DNA of 64,000 nt from Candidatus Saccharicenans subterraneus (GTDB lineage Bacteria > Acidobacteriota > Aminicenantia > Aminicenantales > Saccharicenantaceae). Numbering within the stretch: the stretch's first letter is position 1; each line of letters begins with the position of its first letter. Below the pieces are notes generated by a model, which was not told the origin of the DNA, did not search any database, and saw only the letters and a program-made list of their open reading frames with translations. Below are positions 13,158 to 22,798 of this stretch, in pieces. The stretch covers positions 64,620 to 128,619 of the forward strand of contig QUAH01000009.1 of the NCBI GenBank assembly GCA_003426165.1, given 5' to 3'. Both the position numbers and the translations under genes were made by a program.

Positions 13158-13864
13158 TCAAAATAGAGGATTCGGCCGCAGCTTTCGCACAGGTGCAGCT
13201 TGCTGCGGTCGCGGATTTCGTTCAGCATCTGGGGCCTGATTCTTAACTGGCACATGGAACAGAATTCTTCGATTACCCTGGACAGGGCGATCCCGGCCCG
13301 TTTCCGGGCGATGCTCTGGTAAAGCTGAAGCTGGGACTTGGCAATTCCCGGGACCAGCTCTTGTCTTTTCCTGGCCAGCTGGTCTTTTTCTGCTTCCAGG
13401 GATTGCTTTCTCTGGGTTAGGGCGGCGATCTCCTGCTTAAGGTGTTCTTCCTCGTTTTTTTGCTTCAGGCTGGCGGTCCTGATTTCTTCCTCGATTTCAT
13501 CGGCCACAAGCAGTTCCCTGATGATTTCTTCTTCCAGCCGGTCGATTTTCTCCTGGGTTTCCTGGATTTCCTTGAGCAGGGAAGTGTATTCCTTGTTGGA
13601 CTTGACTTCATTAAGCTGGCGCTTGTACTTGGCTATCTGGGCTTTCAGGTCCTTGACCTCGGCCTCCAGGTCCCTTCTTTTCTTCTGGTTCTGGGCCAGC
13701 CGTTCCTTGGCCCGGACCACCAGGTCAGAGTCAGCCTTAATCTTTTTTTCTACCTGTTCTATGAGACGGGGGATGTCGGACAGTTCGGCGGTAATCTGCC
13801 TGAGGGCATTATCCAGCTCCTGGAGCTGGATTAATTTTTCAAAGTCAGCATCCACTCCATCCAC
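13112..13864 (-). CDS. coiled-coil protein with C4 zinc ribbon (CT398/HP0958-like)
   Basis: LIQLQELD start, long heptad region, C-terminal CSMC...CESCGRIL; located downstream of rpoD and the tRNA. Confidence 0.9.
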   Translation of the reverse strand: MDGVDADFEKLIQLQELDNALRQITAELSDIPRLIEQVEKKIKADSDLVVRAKERLAQNQKKRRDLEAEVKDLKAQIAKYKRQLNEVKSNKEYTSLLKEIQETQEKIDRLEEEIIRELLVADEIEEEIRTASLKQKNEEEHLKQEIAALTQRKQSLEAEKDQLARKRQELVPGIAKSQLQLYQSIARKRAGIALSRVIEEFCSMCQLRIRPQMLNEIRDRSKLHLCESCGRILYFDYSEESKEEAEESSR

Positions 13865-13893
13865 TTTGTCTCTCGATTCATTTAGCCGTTTTT

Positions 13894-13968
13894 TGGTGGG
13901 CCTACCAGGATTCGAACCTGGGACCTGCCGGTTATGAGCCGGTAGCTCTGCCGCTGAGCTATAGGCCC
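13894..13968 (-). tRNA. tRNA with CAT anticodon, most likely tRNA-Ile2 (lysidine type)
   Basis: GGGCCTATAGCTCAG...CCGGCTCATAACCGG...GGTTCGAATCC...AGGCCCACCA cloverleaf with encoded CCA. G1-C72 is paired, so not an initiator. Sequence and position after rpoD resemble Ile2 genes. Confidence 0.93.
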
Positions 13969-13978
13969 TTTTTTTGAT

Positions 13979-14007
13979 TTTATACCAGATATTTAGCGGT
14001 TAGTCAA
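13979..14007 (-). promoter_or_regulatory. sigma70-type promoter for the tRNA
   Basis: TTGACT-N17-TATAAA ending 10 nt before the tRNA 5' end. Confidence 0.7.
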
Positions 14008-14014
14008 TTCGCCC

Positions 14015-15694
14015 CTAAAAGCTGTTGGTGAAGGAGCGAAGCTTCTTGGAGCGAGTGGGGTGCTTCAGCTTCCTCAGGGCCTTGGCCTCAATCTGGCGGA
14101 TTCTCTCGCGGGTGACCTTGAACTGCTGCCCCACCTCTTCCAGGGTGTGCTCGTTGCCATCGCCCAGGCCGAAGCGCATCTTCAACACCCTGGCTTCACG
14201 GTCGGTCAGGGTCTTCAGGGCCTCGTCGATGTGCTCCCGGAGGCTCTGGTAGATGACCCTTTCCGGGGGAGAGGGCATGATCTTATCTTCGATGAAATCA
14301 CCCAGGTGGCTGTCTTCCTCTTCTCCGATCGGGGTTTCCAGGGAAATCGGTTCCTGGGCGATCTTGATGATTTTCCTGACCTTGCTGACCGGCATGTCCA
14401 TCTTCTTGGCGATTTCCTCGCAGGTGGGTTCCCGGCCGAGTTCCTGCACCAGCTGCCTGGAAATCCGGACCAGCTTGTTGATGGTCTCTATCATGTGAAC
14501 GGGTATCCTGATGGTCCGGGCCTGGTCGGCGATGGCCCGGGTGATGGCCTGCCGGATCCACCAGGTGGCGTAGGTGGAGAACTTGTAACCGCGCCGGTAC
14601 TCGAACTTGTCCACCGCCTTCATCAGCCCCATGTTGCCTTCCTGGATCAGGTCCAGGAACTGCAGGCCGCGGTTGCTGTATTTCTTGGCGATGGAGACCA
14701 CCAGCCTGAGGTTGGCTTCCACCAGCTGCTTCTTGGCCTGTTCGCTGGTGCTCTTGCCCATCATGATGGCCCGGACCGCCTTTTTCAGGGCCTGGGAATC
14801 CAGGCCGATCTCCTTTTCTATCTTCCTGATGTCCTGGTTGATCCTTTTGATTTCGTTCTCGATGGCTTTCTTTTCGGCGCGGGACCGAACGGGACTGAGT
14901 GCTTTTTTCTTGCCAGAGCTCACCTTTTTCTTCTGCTCTCTGGGCTTGCGGTTGAGGCTCTGCTCCAGTTCCGCCCGGCGGTATTCCAGCTCGTTAATCT
15001 CCCTTAGCTTATCCTTCATCTGTTCGATAACGGTCTCCCGTAGCCCTGGCTGCAGGTTAAGGTCCCGGATCAACCGGCTGAGTTTGACGATTATGCGCCC
15101 CCTGGCGAAGTTGAATTTCTTCCTGTTGGGCAGGGTTTCAATTTTCCTGGCCAGGTCTTTGATATTTTTGATCTGAAGTAGCAGTTCCTGCTGTTTCTCC
15201 GGGAGCTTTTCTTCGGCCAGTTCCTCGTCGTTGAAATCGAAGTAATCCTGGATGGTTTCCGGGAATTCTTTGATCTTCTGTTCTATCTGCAGGATGTTGG
15301 TCAGGACCAGCCTGGTCTTGGACAGGGCCTTGATGATGGCCCGTTCGCCCCGCTCTATCTCCCTGGCGATGGCGATTTCACCCTCCCTGGTCAGCAGCGG
15401 GATGTTGCCCATCTCCCGGAGGTAGAGCTTGACCGGGTCGGTGGTTCTTTCCAGGCCATGGGTGCAGACCGGGACTTTCTTATGGGGGAAGGGTATTATT
15501 TCTCGCTGCTGGGAATCGAGGATCTTGATCCCGTAGCTATCCATGGAGTTCAGGAAATCGTCGAAGTCGTCCTCGGCTCCGAACTCATCTCCCAGGGTCT
15601 GGTCGATCTCTTCCCAGGACAGGAAGCCCTGTCTCTTGCCCTTGGAAATCAACTGGAGAATTTCTTCTTTCTGATACTTGTCGTCAGACGGCAC
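14015..15694 (-). CDS. rpoD: RNA polymerase primary sigma factor
   Basis: [73 protein letters not shown]; GTG start after a GGAGG RBS. Confidence 0.98.
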   Translation of the reverse strand: MPSDDKYQKEEILQLISKGKRQGFLSWEEIDQTLGDEFGAEDDFDDFLNSMDSYGIKILDSQQREIIPFPHKKVPVCTHGLERTTDPVKLYLREMGNIPLLTREGEIAIAREIERGERAIIKALSKTRLVLTNILQIEQKIKEFPETIQDYFDFNDEELAEEKLPEKQQELLLQIKNIKDLARKIETLPNRKKFNFARGRIIVKLSRLIRDLNLQPGLRETVIEQMKDKLREINELEYRRAELEQSLNRKPREQKKKVSSGKKKALSPVRSRAEKKAIENEIKRINQDIRKIEKEIGLDSQALKKAVRAIMMGKSTSEQAKKQLVEANLRLVVSIAKKYSNRGLQFLDLIQEGNMGLMKAVDKFEYRRGYKFSTYATWWIRQAITRAIADQARTIRIPVHMIETINKLVRISRQLVQELGREPTCEEIAKKMDMPVSKVRKIIKIAQEPISLETPIGEEEDSHLGDFIEDKIMPSPPERVIYQSLREHIDEALKTLTDREARVLKMRFGLGDGNEHTLEEVGQQFKVTRERIRQIEAKALRKLKHPTRSKKLRSFTNSF

Positions 15695-15754
15695 TTACAG
15701 CCTCCTTCTATTCAGCAGGCCGGGGGCCTGGTTTATTATTGTTCGTATATATAT

Positions 15755-17479
15755 TCATAGGGTCATTATCTGGCGCGTCAGCTCATGTTTCTGATAGAGA
15801 AGGGACATGAGTTTTTCCTGGTCGCCTTTCTTTTCAGTCAGGGCGATCTCTCTCTGAATTTCCCTGAGCTTTTTCTGCAGGCTGTTTTTCTTCAGGGTTA
15901 TCAGGCAGTCAAGGGCTTCACCTATGGAACCGTCGGGAATATCCTCCTGGAGCACCCGGCATAACTGGCCCAGCAGCCTGGACTCAACCTTTTCCTGGAG
16001 GGGAGCCAGGCTCCAACTCTGCCCCTGCCGGTAAGATTCCAGGACATACCTGAAGACCGGTTCGCTGGCCAGACCCCGAAAACAGTCCTCGTCCATCTCT
16101 CCCAGTATCATCCTGGCAATTTCCTGCTGGTTGAAAAGCAGTTGCAGTAGTCTCTTTTCAGCCGGCAGGAAAATGTCTTTCTCCTCGCGGCTGGCGGCAG
16201 GGGCCGGCTTCCTGCTCTCCTCCAGCATCTGTCTCAGGGTGGTTTCGTTTATCTTGAAATATTCGGCCGTCCTCTTGAGATATTCGTTCCTGACGATGGC
16301 ATCGGGGATACGCATGACTTCCTGAATAACCTGACGTGCAGCCCGGCTCTTTTCTTCTGGAATGTTCAGGCGGGCACCCTTTGAGTACTGGACCAGCAGG
16401 AAGCGAAAACCATCCAGGGCCCGTCGGGCGAGTCCCAGGTACTTATCCGGCCCGTACTTCCTGATGAAGGCATCGGGGTCAAGCTTTTCCGGCAGGACCA
16501 GGATCTTAACCTGGAGTCCCTTTTCCAGGCAGATGGGCACGGCCCGGAGGGCGGCATTCAGTCCGGCCTCGTCTCCGTCATAATTGATTATTACCCTGGG
16601 GGCGTACCTCAGTATCTGGGCGGCCTGCTGGGAAGTGAGGCTGGTGCCCATGGAAGCGGCCACGTTCTGGATGCCGGCCTGGAACAGGGCGGCAAAATCG
16701 GCATATCCTTCCACCAGGATCAACTCACCGGCTTGCCTGATGCTGTCCCGGGTGAAGTTAAGACCGTAGAGGATGTGGCCCTTGGTAAAAGTCTGGGTCT
16801 CCGGGGAATTAAGGTACTTGGGCTGGGCTTCAAAAATGGTCCGTCCGCCAAAGGCCACCACCCGCCCGGTCAGGGTGAAAATCGGAAAGATGACCCGGCC
16901 CCGGAAGCGGTCGCGGTATTCGCCGGGCTTCTGACCTGGAATTATCAACCCGGCCTTTTCCAGAATTTGAGGACTGTATGACTGCTTGAAATTCTGGAAC
17001 AAAGCATCCCAGGAGTTCAGGGCATAGCCCAGCCTGAGCTTCTTGATGGTGTCTTCGGAGAATTGCCGGCTTTTCAGGTATTCCAGGGCTTTCTTCCCTT
17101 CGGGAGTCCTGAACAGATTGTTCCTGAAATAATTCAGGGCCTTGTCGTTGATTTCGAAAATTTTTTCTTCCAGCCGTGATTCGCGACCTGCCTGCCGGGT
17201 TTCGGGCAGGGGAATCCGGTATTTTTCAGCCAGGAAACGGACGGCTTCGGGGAAGGTCAGGTTTTCTTTTTCCATCACCAGGGAAAACAGGTCTCCCCCT
17301 ATGCCGCAGCCAAAACAATGGAAGAGCTGTTTATCTTCGTCGATGGTGAAGGACGGGTCTTTTTCCGAGTGGAAAGGGCAGAGCCCAACCCATTTCTTAC
17401 CCCTCTTTTTAAGGGTGGTGTACTGGGAGGCTATTTCGACAATAGAAGCCGCCGCCCTGATCTTTTCGGTTATCTCCAT
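15755..17479 (-). CDS. dnaG: DNA primase
   Basis: Zn finger CPFH...CFGC, DRFRGRVIFPI, KYLNSPET, TOPRIM VEGYAD and YDGDEAG. Confidence 0.97.
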   Translation of the reverse strand: MEITEKIRAAASIVEIASQYTTLKKRGKKWVGLCPFHSEKDPSFTIDEDKQLFHCFGCGIGGDLFSLVMEKENLTFPEAVRFLAEKYRIPLPETRQAGRESRLEEKIFEINDKALNYFRNNLFRTPEGKKALEYLKSRQFSEDTIKKLRLGYALNSWDALFQNFKQSYSPQILEKAGLIIPGQKPGEYRDRFRGRVIFPIFTLTGRVVAFGGRTIFEAQPKYLNSPETQTFTKGHILYGLNFTRDSIRQAGELILVEGYADFAALFQAGIQNVAASMGTSLTSQQAAQILRYAPRVIINYDGDEAGLNAALRAVPICLEKGLQVKILVLPEKLDPDAFIRKYGPDKYLGLARRALDGFRFLLVQYSKGARLNIPEEKSRAARQVIQEVMRIPDAIVRNEYLKRTAEYFKINETTLRQMLEESRKPAPAASREEKDIFLPAEKRLLQLLFNQQEIARMILGEMDEDCFRGLASEPVFRYVLESYRQGQSWSLAPLQEKVESRLLGQLCRVLQEDIPDGSIGEALDCLITLKKNSLQKKLREIQREIALTEKKGDQEKLMSLLYQKHELTRQIMTL

Positions 17480-17509
17480 TAGGCTACGTAAGGTTTGCTT
17501 TTCTCATAT

Positions 17510-17538
17510 AAAATAGGTTCGCCCCTGGCAGTTGTCAA
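17510..17538 (-). promoter_or_regulatory. sigma70-type promoter for dnaG-rpoD
   Basis: TTGACA-N17-TATTTT ending 30 nt upstream of dnaG. Confidence 0.6.
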
Positions 17539-17579
17539 GCTGGCTGCCGGGAAAAACTCAATTTTTTCAGCCAGAAAAA

Positions 17580-18323
17580 TCATAGGTGGTTGATCAGGCT
17601 GGCCAGGTAGCCAGCACCAAAACCGTTGTCTATGTTAACCACGGCCACGCCGCCCGGGCAGGAGTTCAGCATGGCCAGCAGGGCTGATAGTCCCTGGAAG
17701 TTGGCCCCGTAGCCGACACTGGTGGGAACGGCTATGACCGGGGCCCGGAACAGCCCGGCCACCACGCTGGGCAGGGCTCCTTCCATCCCGGCCACCACCA
17801 CCAGAACCCGGGCCTCCTTTATCAGGTCGTAATGGCCGAGCAAACGGTGCAGTCCGGCCACGCCCACGTCGTAGACCCGGTCGACGGAGTTGCCGAAGAA
17901 CTCGGCCGTCAGGGCGGCTTCTTCAGCCACGGGTACGTCTGAAGTACCGGCCGAGATTACGGCTACCCGGCCTTTTCCCTCCGGGGGCCTGGTTTTCAGG
18001 ACCGTCAGGCACCTGGCCTGTTCATGGTAATGCCCGGCTTTCAATCGAGCCCTGATTTTCCTGTAATTTTCGGGGGAAAGGCGAGTGATCAAAAGATTGC
18101 TGCCCTTCTTCAGGATGGCCGTGGCTATCTTAACCAGCTGGTCCGGGGTTTTACCCTGTCCGAAGATGACTTCGGGCGTGCCACGCCTGAGCTCCCGGGC
18201 ATGGTCTACCTTGGCAAAACTCAGGTCCTGGTAGGGGAAATGCTGGAGCTTGTCCAGGGCCTGCTGCGGGGTGATTTCTTTCCGGTAAAGCTTATCGAGG
18301 AGGTCGACCAGAAGCGCTTTCAC
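17580..18323 (-). CDS. larB: nickel-pincer cofactor biosynthesis protein LarB (PurE/AIR-carboxylase fold)
   Basis: DHARELRRGTPEVIFGQGKT, SAGTSDVPVAEEA, DVGVAGLHRL, VAGMEGALPS, PTSVGYG, VVNIDNGFGAG. Confidence 0.92.
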   Translation of the reverse strand: MKALLVDLLDKLYRKEITPQQALDKLQHFPYQDLSFAKVDHARELRRGTPEVIFGQGKTPDQLVKIATAILKKGSNLLITRLSPENYRKIRARLKAGHYHEQARCLTVLKTRPPEGKGRVAVISAGTSDVPVAEEAALTAEFFGNSVDRVYDVGVAGLHRLLGHYDLIKEARVLVVVAGMEGALPSVVAGLFRAPVIAVPTSVGYGANFQGLSALLAMLNSCPGGVAVVNIDNGFGAGYLASLINHL

Positions 18324-18459
18324 GGATGGATTTTAGCATAAAAATTGAATTTTGGCATCATCCGGAGGTAAAGTTTTACCCTTTTCCGGCTGGCTTGATT
18401 AACGGGTTGCTATGTTGTAAAATAGCAAAAACTTAAGATGGAATCGTCAGGAGAAAGCA

Positions 18460-18963
18460 GTGAGCGAAGCCAAGAAAAAAGATGATTATCAGAAGGCGCT
18501 GGCCCTTTACAACCAGGGAATAAAGGATTTCCGCAAGAACGACTATGATAAGGCACTGGTTTCCTTCAGGGAGCTGGTGGAAACCTATCCAGAAGAACAC
18601 GAGCTGGTTGACCGGGCCAAGGTTTACATCAGCATCTGCGAGAGAGGTCCTAGGAAAGAGTCCATCTCTCCAAGGAATATCGAGGATTATCTTTTTTATG
18701 CCCAGATGAGAATCAACCAGGGAGACCATCAGGCCGCGCTGAAGCTGCTGGAGAAAGCCCTGGAGCTCAAAAGGGAGGAAGCCAGGGTTTACTACCTGAT
18801 GGCTACGGCCTATGTCCAGGCCGGACAGGTAGAAGAAGGACTGGAAGCTCTTAAGAAAGCTCTCCAGAAAGATAAGTCCCTGGCCGTCATGGCTCAGAAT
18901 GAGCCCGATTTCGAATCCATCTGGGAAGACAAAAGGTTTAAGGTCCTGGTCAAACTTTCATGA
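18460..18963 (+). CDS. tetratricopeptide repeat protein
   Basis: TPR-like helical repeats ([26 protein letters not shown]); stop overlaps the glmU start (ATGA). Confidence 0.8.
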   Translation: MSEAKKKDDYQKALALYNQGIKDFRKNDYDKALVSFRELVETYPEEHELVDRAKVYISICERGPRKESISPRNIEDYLFYAQMRINQGDHQAALKLLEKALELKREEARVYYLMATAYVQAGQVEEGLEALKKALQKDKSLAVMAQNEPDFESIWEDKRFKVLVKLS

Positions 18964-20300
18964 AAAATAAACTCCTGGTTCTGGCCCGCGGGGATGAAGT
19001 CTTGGGCGGCCAGAAAAGAAACCTGCCTTCCATAATTTCTGCCCCTTCACTGCTGACCGGTCGTCTGGAAGTCTTGATGAAGCTCAGGCCGGAGAGAATA
19101 GGCTGGCTCGGGACTGAGACGGCCGAGACCGGGAAGTCCCGTAAAAAGTTTTTAAAGGTGCTCCCGGTTGGAGAGCTGACCTCTTCGCTGTCAGCCCTGT
19201 TGGAACGGATTAAGAAAGGAAGGTCAACCGGCGATCTCCTGCTCCTGTCACCAGAGTTTTTCCCCAAAGAAGCCGGCCTCTTAAAGAGATTGCTTAATTT
19301 TCACCAAAAATCGGGCAATGACCTTACCCTGGTTGGGGAACGCATAGGTTCTCACCAGGACCGATCGTCGGAAGATTATTTTGTTCATCCCGGGCTGGCC
19401 CTGGTCTCATATGACGGCCACCGCAAATGGCTGAGTCGGGTCCGGCCGTTCAAGCCTTCCGGTCAGCTCGACGTGGTGGCCCTGGTGGAGGCGGCCTGGG
19501 CCGCGGGACTCAGAATAGGTTTTTACTGGGTAAAGGAAACCGACAAGGATTTGTTCATCCCGGTTAATTCTCTATCCGACTATTCCCGGGTAGCTGAATT
19601 TCTCAGGCAGGCCAAGATAGCTGAACTGGAAAAACGGGGGGTGTTCTTCCTGGACCAGGCCTCGGTCTGGATTGACCCCAGGGCTAAAGTCGGTACAGGA
19701 ACGGTAATTTATCCCTCGGTTATCATTGAAGGCAGAAGCAGGGTTGGCAAAGATTGCCTGATATATCCACACTGTCACATCATCGACAGCCGGCTGGGAA
19801 ACAGGGTCAAGGTGTTTGGGGCCACGGTTATCGAAGGGTGCCGCATTGATAACGAAGCCCAGGTCGGTCCGTTTTCCAGGCTGCGGCCGGAGACCAGGCT
19901 GCGCCGGGGAAGCCATGTGGGCAATTTCGTGGAAATGAAGAAAACAGTCTTCGGCGAAGGTTCTAAAGCCATGCATCTCAGCTACCTGGGCGACACCAGG
20001 GTTGAGGAGAAAGTTAACGTGGGAGCCGGGACCATCACCTGCAATTATGATGGAATCAGGAAAAACAGGACGTTTATCGGTCGGGGAGCCTTTATAGGTT
20101 CCGGAACGGAACTGGTGGCTCCGGTCCGGGTGGGGCGTGGGGCCTATGTGGCTGCCGGCTCAACCATAACCGAGAACGTAAAACCCGGGGCGCTGGCCAT
20201 CGCCCGGACCCGGCAGGTGCAGAAACCGGGCTGGGCCAGGGAACGCAGGGCCAGCCTCCAGGCTGCCGGTAAAAAAGCAGCTAAAAAAAAGGGGAAATAA
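18960..20300 (+). CDS. glmU: GlmU-like protein: intact acetyltransferase (hexapeptide) domain, degenerate N-terminal nucleotidyltransferase domain
   Basis: C-half has [49 protein letters not shown]. The N-terminus lacks LAAGxGTRM. Confidence 0.82.
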   Translation: MKNKLLVLARGDEVLGGQKRNLPSIISAPSLLTGRLEVLMKLRPERIGWLGTETAETGKSRKKFLKVLPVGELTSSLSALLERIKKGRSTGDLLLLSPEFFPKEAGLLKRLLNFHQKSGNDLTLVGERIGSHQDRSSEDYFVHPGLALVSYDGHRKWLSRVRPFKPSGQLDVVALVEAAWAAGLRIGFYWVKETDKDLFIPVNSLSDYSRVAEFLRQAKIAELEKRGVFFLDQASVWIDPRAKVGTGTVIYPSVIIEGRSRVGKDCLIYPHCHIIDSRLGNRVKVFGATVIEGCRIDNEAQVGPFSRLRPETRLRRGSHVGNFVEMKKTVFGEGSKAMHLSYLGDTRVEEKVNVGAGTITCNYDGIRKNRTFIGRGAFIGSGTELVAPVRVGRGAYVAAGSTITENVKPGALAIARTRQVQKPGWARERRASLQAAGKKAAKKKGK

Positions 20301-20321
20301 TGTCCCTTCAGGAAGGGCGAT

Positions 20322-20963
20322 TCAGTCCCGGGGAGTAGCTTTCTTTTTTTCTACGCGATAAACGTGGGCAATTCTCTGGATGGCGGTCAGGTTGGAGACC
20401 ACGGCCAGTATGATGATGACCGCTATCATTACCGTGTCCCGGTGCCCGATAATCAGGGCCAGCAGGGTGCCGATAATGAGGAGCACCATTCTTTCAGCCC
20501 GCTGCATTATTCCCAGCTGGCAGCTGACTCCCAGGCTTTCAGCCCGGGCCTTGGTATAGCTGACCATGGTTGAACCGAGGAAGGCCAGGGCCAGGACCCA
20601 CAGGACCCAGTGAGGTCCGAAATAAAATCCCAGGCCGAGGTAGATGGCAAACTCCGAATAACGGTCCAGGCTGGAGTCGAAAACTGCCCCGAATACCGTC
20701 CGGCGATTGCTGTTGGTGGCCACCTTCCCGTCCAGAATGTCCAGCATCCCGCAAATTACCAGGAAGACCAGAGCCCAGCCCCACCTTCCCAGGGCAAAAA
20801 ACAATCCCACCAGCAGGCCGGCCAGAAGGCCCAGAAAGCTGAGCAGGTTTGGGCTCAGCTTCAAGCGAACCAGGAATAGAGAGAAACGGTCGAAGACTTC
20901 CAGGATGAAAACGATCAATTTTTTGGGAAGAAGCCTGAAACCTTTATTCTCATAGCTGACCAT
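20322..20963 (-). CDS. CDP-alcohol phosphatidyltransferase, phosphatidylinositol-phosphate synthase-like
   Basis: Signature DILDGKVA...GAVFDSSLDR; SYTKARAE...GIMQRAER resembles the PIP-synthase subfamily; divergent from ino1. Confidence 0.85.
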   Translation of the reverse strand: MVSYENKGFRLLPKKLIVFILEVFDRFSLFLVRLKLSPNLLSFLGLLAGLLVGLFFALGRWGWALVFLVICGMLDILDGKVATNSNRRTVFGAVFDSSLDRYSEFAIYLGLGFYFGPHWVLWVLALAFLGSTMVSYTKARAESLGVSCQLGIMQRAERMVLLIIGTLLALIIGHRDTVMIAVIIILAVVSNLTAIQRIAHVYRVEKKKATPRD

Positions 20964-21292
20964 CGTTTCAGAATTATAATTATTATAGGTAAAAAAATCA
21001 ATTTGCCGATTTGCCTAAAAGAGAACCTATATAAAAGCGATTTATTGTACTGCGAGGAAATCCACGCGAAAATCAGTCGTTTTCGGGCCAGGCAGGGTGA
21101 AAACTCTCGGGATGAGATTGGTCAGAAGGCCAGGCGCTGAACTCGGTTAAGCCTGGGCCGGTCTGTTGTGGGCAGGGACAGCAGAAGGTTGTTTTGGTGG
21201 GCGGGCCTATCTTCTTTTATATTTATGGTTCAGATGCCGGGTCCAACAACTCCGGGCCAGCGCAGCCAGGAATCCGGCCCTGAAAAGAAAAC

Positions 21293-21321
21293 TTGAAGAT
21301 AAAAAAGCAGTATGATAACCT
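21293..21321 (+). promoter_or_regulatory. sigma70-type promoter for ino1
   Basis: TTGAAG-N17-TAACCT with an extended -10 TG. Confidence 0.5.
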
Positions 21322-21402
21322 TAAATCCACTTATTTTGATCAGCAAATTCTTGAGGCTATGAATCGGCTTTTCTCTTTATGATTTTAGTTGAGGAGGCGG
21401 TC

Positions 21403-22716
21403 ATGAAGGAAAAAATTGAAATCAAGAGTCCGGAAGGAAAACTTGGAGTCTTGATTCCAGGCATAGGGGCTGTGGCCACTACTTTCATGGCCGGGGTTTT
21501 TCTGGCCAGAAAGGGACTGGGCAAACCCTTTGGTTCTCTGACCCAGATGGGCACAATCCGGCTGGGTAAAAGGCCTGAAAAGAGGGTTCCCAGGATAAAG
21601 GATTTTGTGGAACTGGCTGATCTGAACGATCTGGTTTTTGCCGGCTGGGATATTTTCCCGGATAATGCCTACGAGGCCGCGGTCAAGGCCGGAGTGTTGA
21701 GGAAAGAACACCTGGAACCGGTCAGGGAAGAGCTGGAGCGAATAGAGCCGATGCCGGCAGTTTTTGACCGCAACTATGTCAAAAGGCTGGACGGGCCCAA
21801 TAAAAAGAACGGTGCCAACAAGTTCGAGCTGGCCCTCCAGTTAATGGAAGATATCAAGAAATTCAGGGAGGACAATTCTCTAAACCGCCTGGTCATGATC
21901 TGGTGCGCCAGCACCGAGGTTTACCTCAAGCCTGAACCGGTGCATCAGACTGTTGATTCCCTGGAAAAGGCCATGAAGGAAAACCATCCGGCTATCGCTC
22001 CGAGCATGATCTATGCTTATGCCGCCATTAAGTCGGGTGTGCCCTTTATCAACGGTGCCCCCAACCTGACCGTTGACATCCCGGCCATGGTGGAACTGGC
22101 CAGGCAGCATAATGTTCCCATAGCCGGAAAGGATTTCAAAACCGGGCAGACCCTGATGAAGACCATCGTGGCCCCGGGCCTCAAGGCCAGGTTGCTCGGG
22201 TTGCACGGCTGGTTTTCCACCAACATCCTGGGCAACCGGGATGGAGAAGTCCTGGACGACCCGGATTCCTTCAAGACCAAGGAAGAGAGCAAGCTCGGGG
22301 CCCTGGAATACATACTCCAGCCCGAACTCTATCCCGAGCTTTACGGGAAGTTTTACCACAAAGTCCGCATCAACTATTACCCGCCGCGCGGCGATAACAA
22401 GGAGGGCTGGGACAACATCGATATCTTCGGCTGGCTGGGTTATCCCATGCAGATAAAAATAGATTTTCTCTGCCGGGACAGCATCCTGGCCGCACCCATC
22501 GTGCTCGACCTGGTGCTGTTTATGGACCTGGCCCAGAGAGCCGGTTTCAGGGGAATCCAGGAGTGGCTGTCCTTCTATTTCAAGACCCCGATGTGCGCGC
22601 CCGAGCTCTACCCGGAACATGACCTGTTCATCCAGTTGATGAAGCTCAAGAATACGCTGCGTTACATGAAAGGCGAAGAGCTGATAACCCACCTGGGCCT
22701 GGAATATTACGATTGA
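21403..22716 (+). CDS. ino1: myo-inositol-1(3)-phosphate synthase
   Basis: GIGAVATT, WCASTE, FINGAPN, GKDFKTGQT, NILGNRDG, YYPPRGDNKE, RDSILAAP. Start placed at the ATG after GAGGAGG. Confidence 0.95.
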   Translation: MKEKIEIKSPEGKLGVLIPGIGAVATTFMAGVFLARKGLGKPFGSLTQMGTIRLGKRPEKRVPRIKDFVELADLNDLVFAGWDIFPDNAYEAAVKAGVLRKEHLEPVREELERIEPMPAVFDRNYVKRLDGPNKKNGANKFELALQLMEDIKKFREDNSLNRLVMIWCASTEVYLKPEPVHQTVDSLEKAMKENHPAIAPSMIYAYAAIKSGVPFINGAPNLTVDIPAMVELARQHNVPIAGKDFKTGQTLMKTIVAPGLKARLLGLHGWFSTNILGNRDGEVLDDPDSFKTKEESKLGALEYILQPELYPELYGKFYHKVRINYYPPRGDNKEGWDNIDIFGWLGYPMQIKIDFLCRDSILAAPIVLDLVLFMDLAQRAGFRGIQEWLSFYFKTPMCAPELYPEHDLFIQLMKLKNTLRYMKGEELITHLGLEYYD

Positions 22717-22798
22717 GGCTTGAGCCCGGTCGGGCCGGTTGACACCTGTTTTCATTTGTGAATTAATTATTTCTATTCTTTCTATTAAGAGGTTTAAG

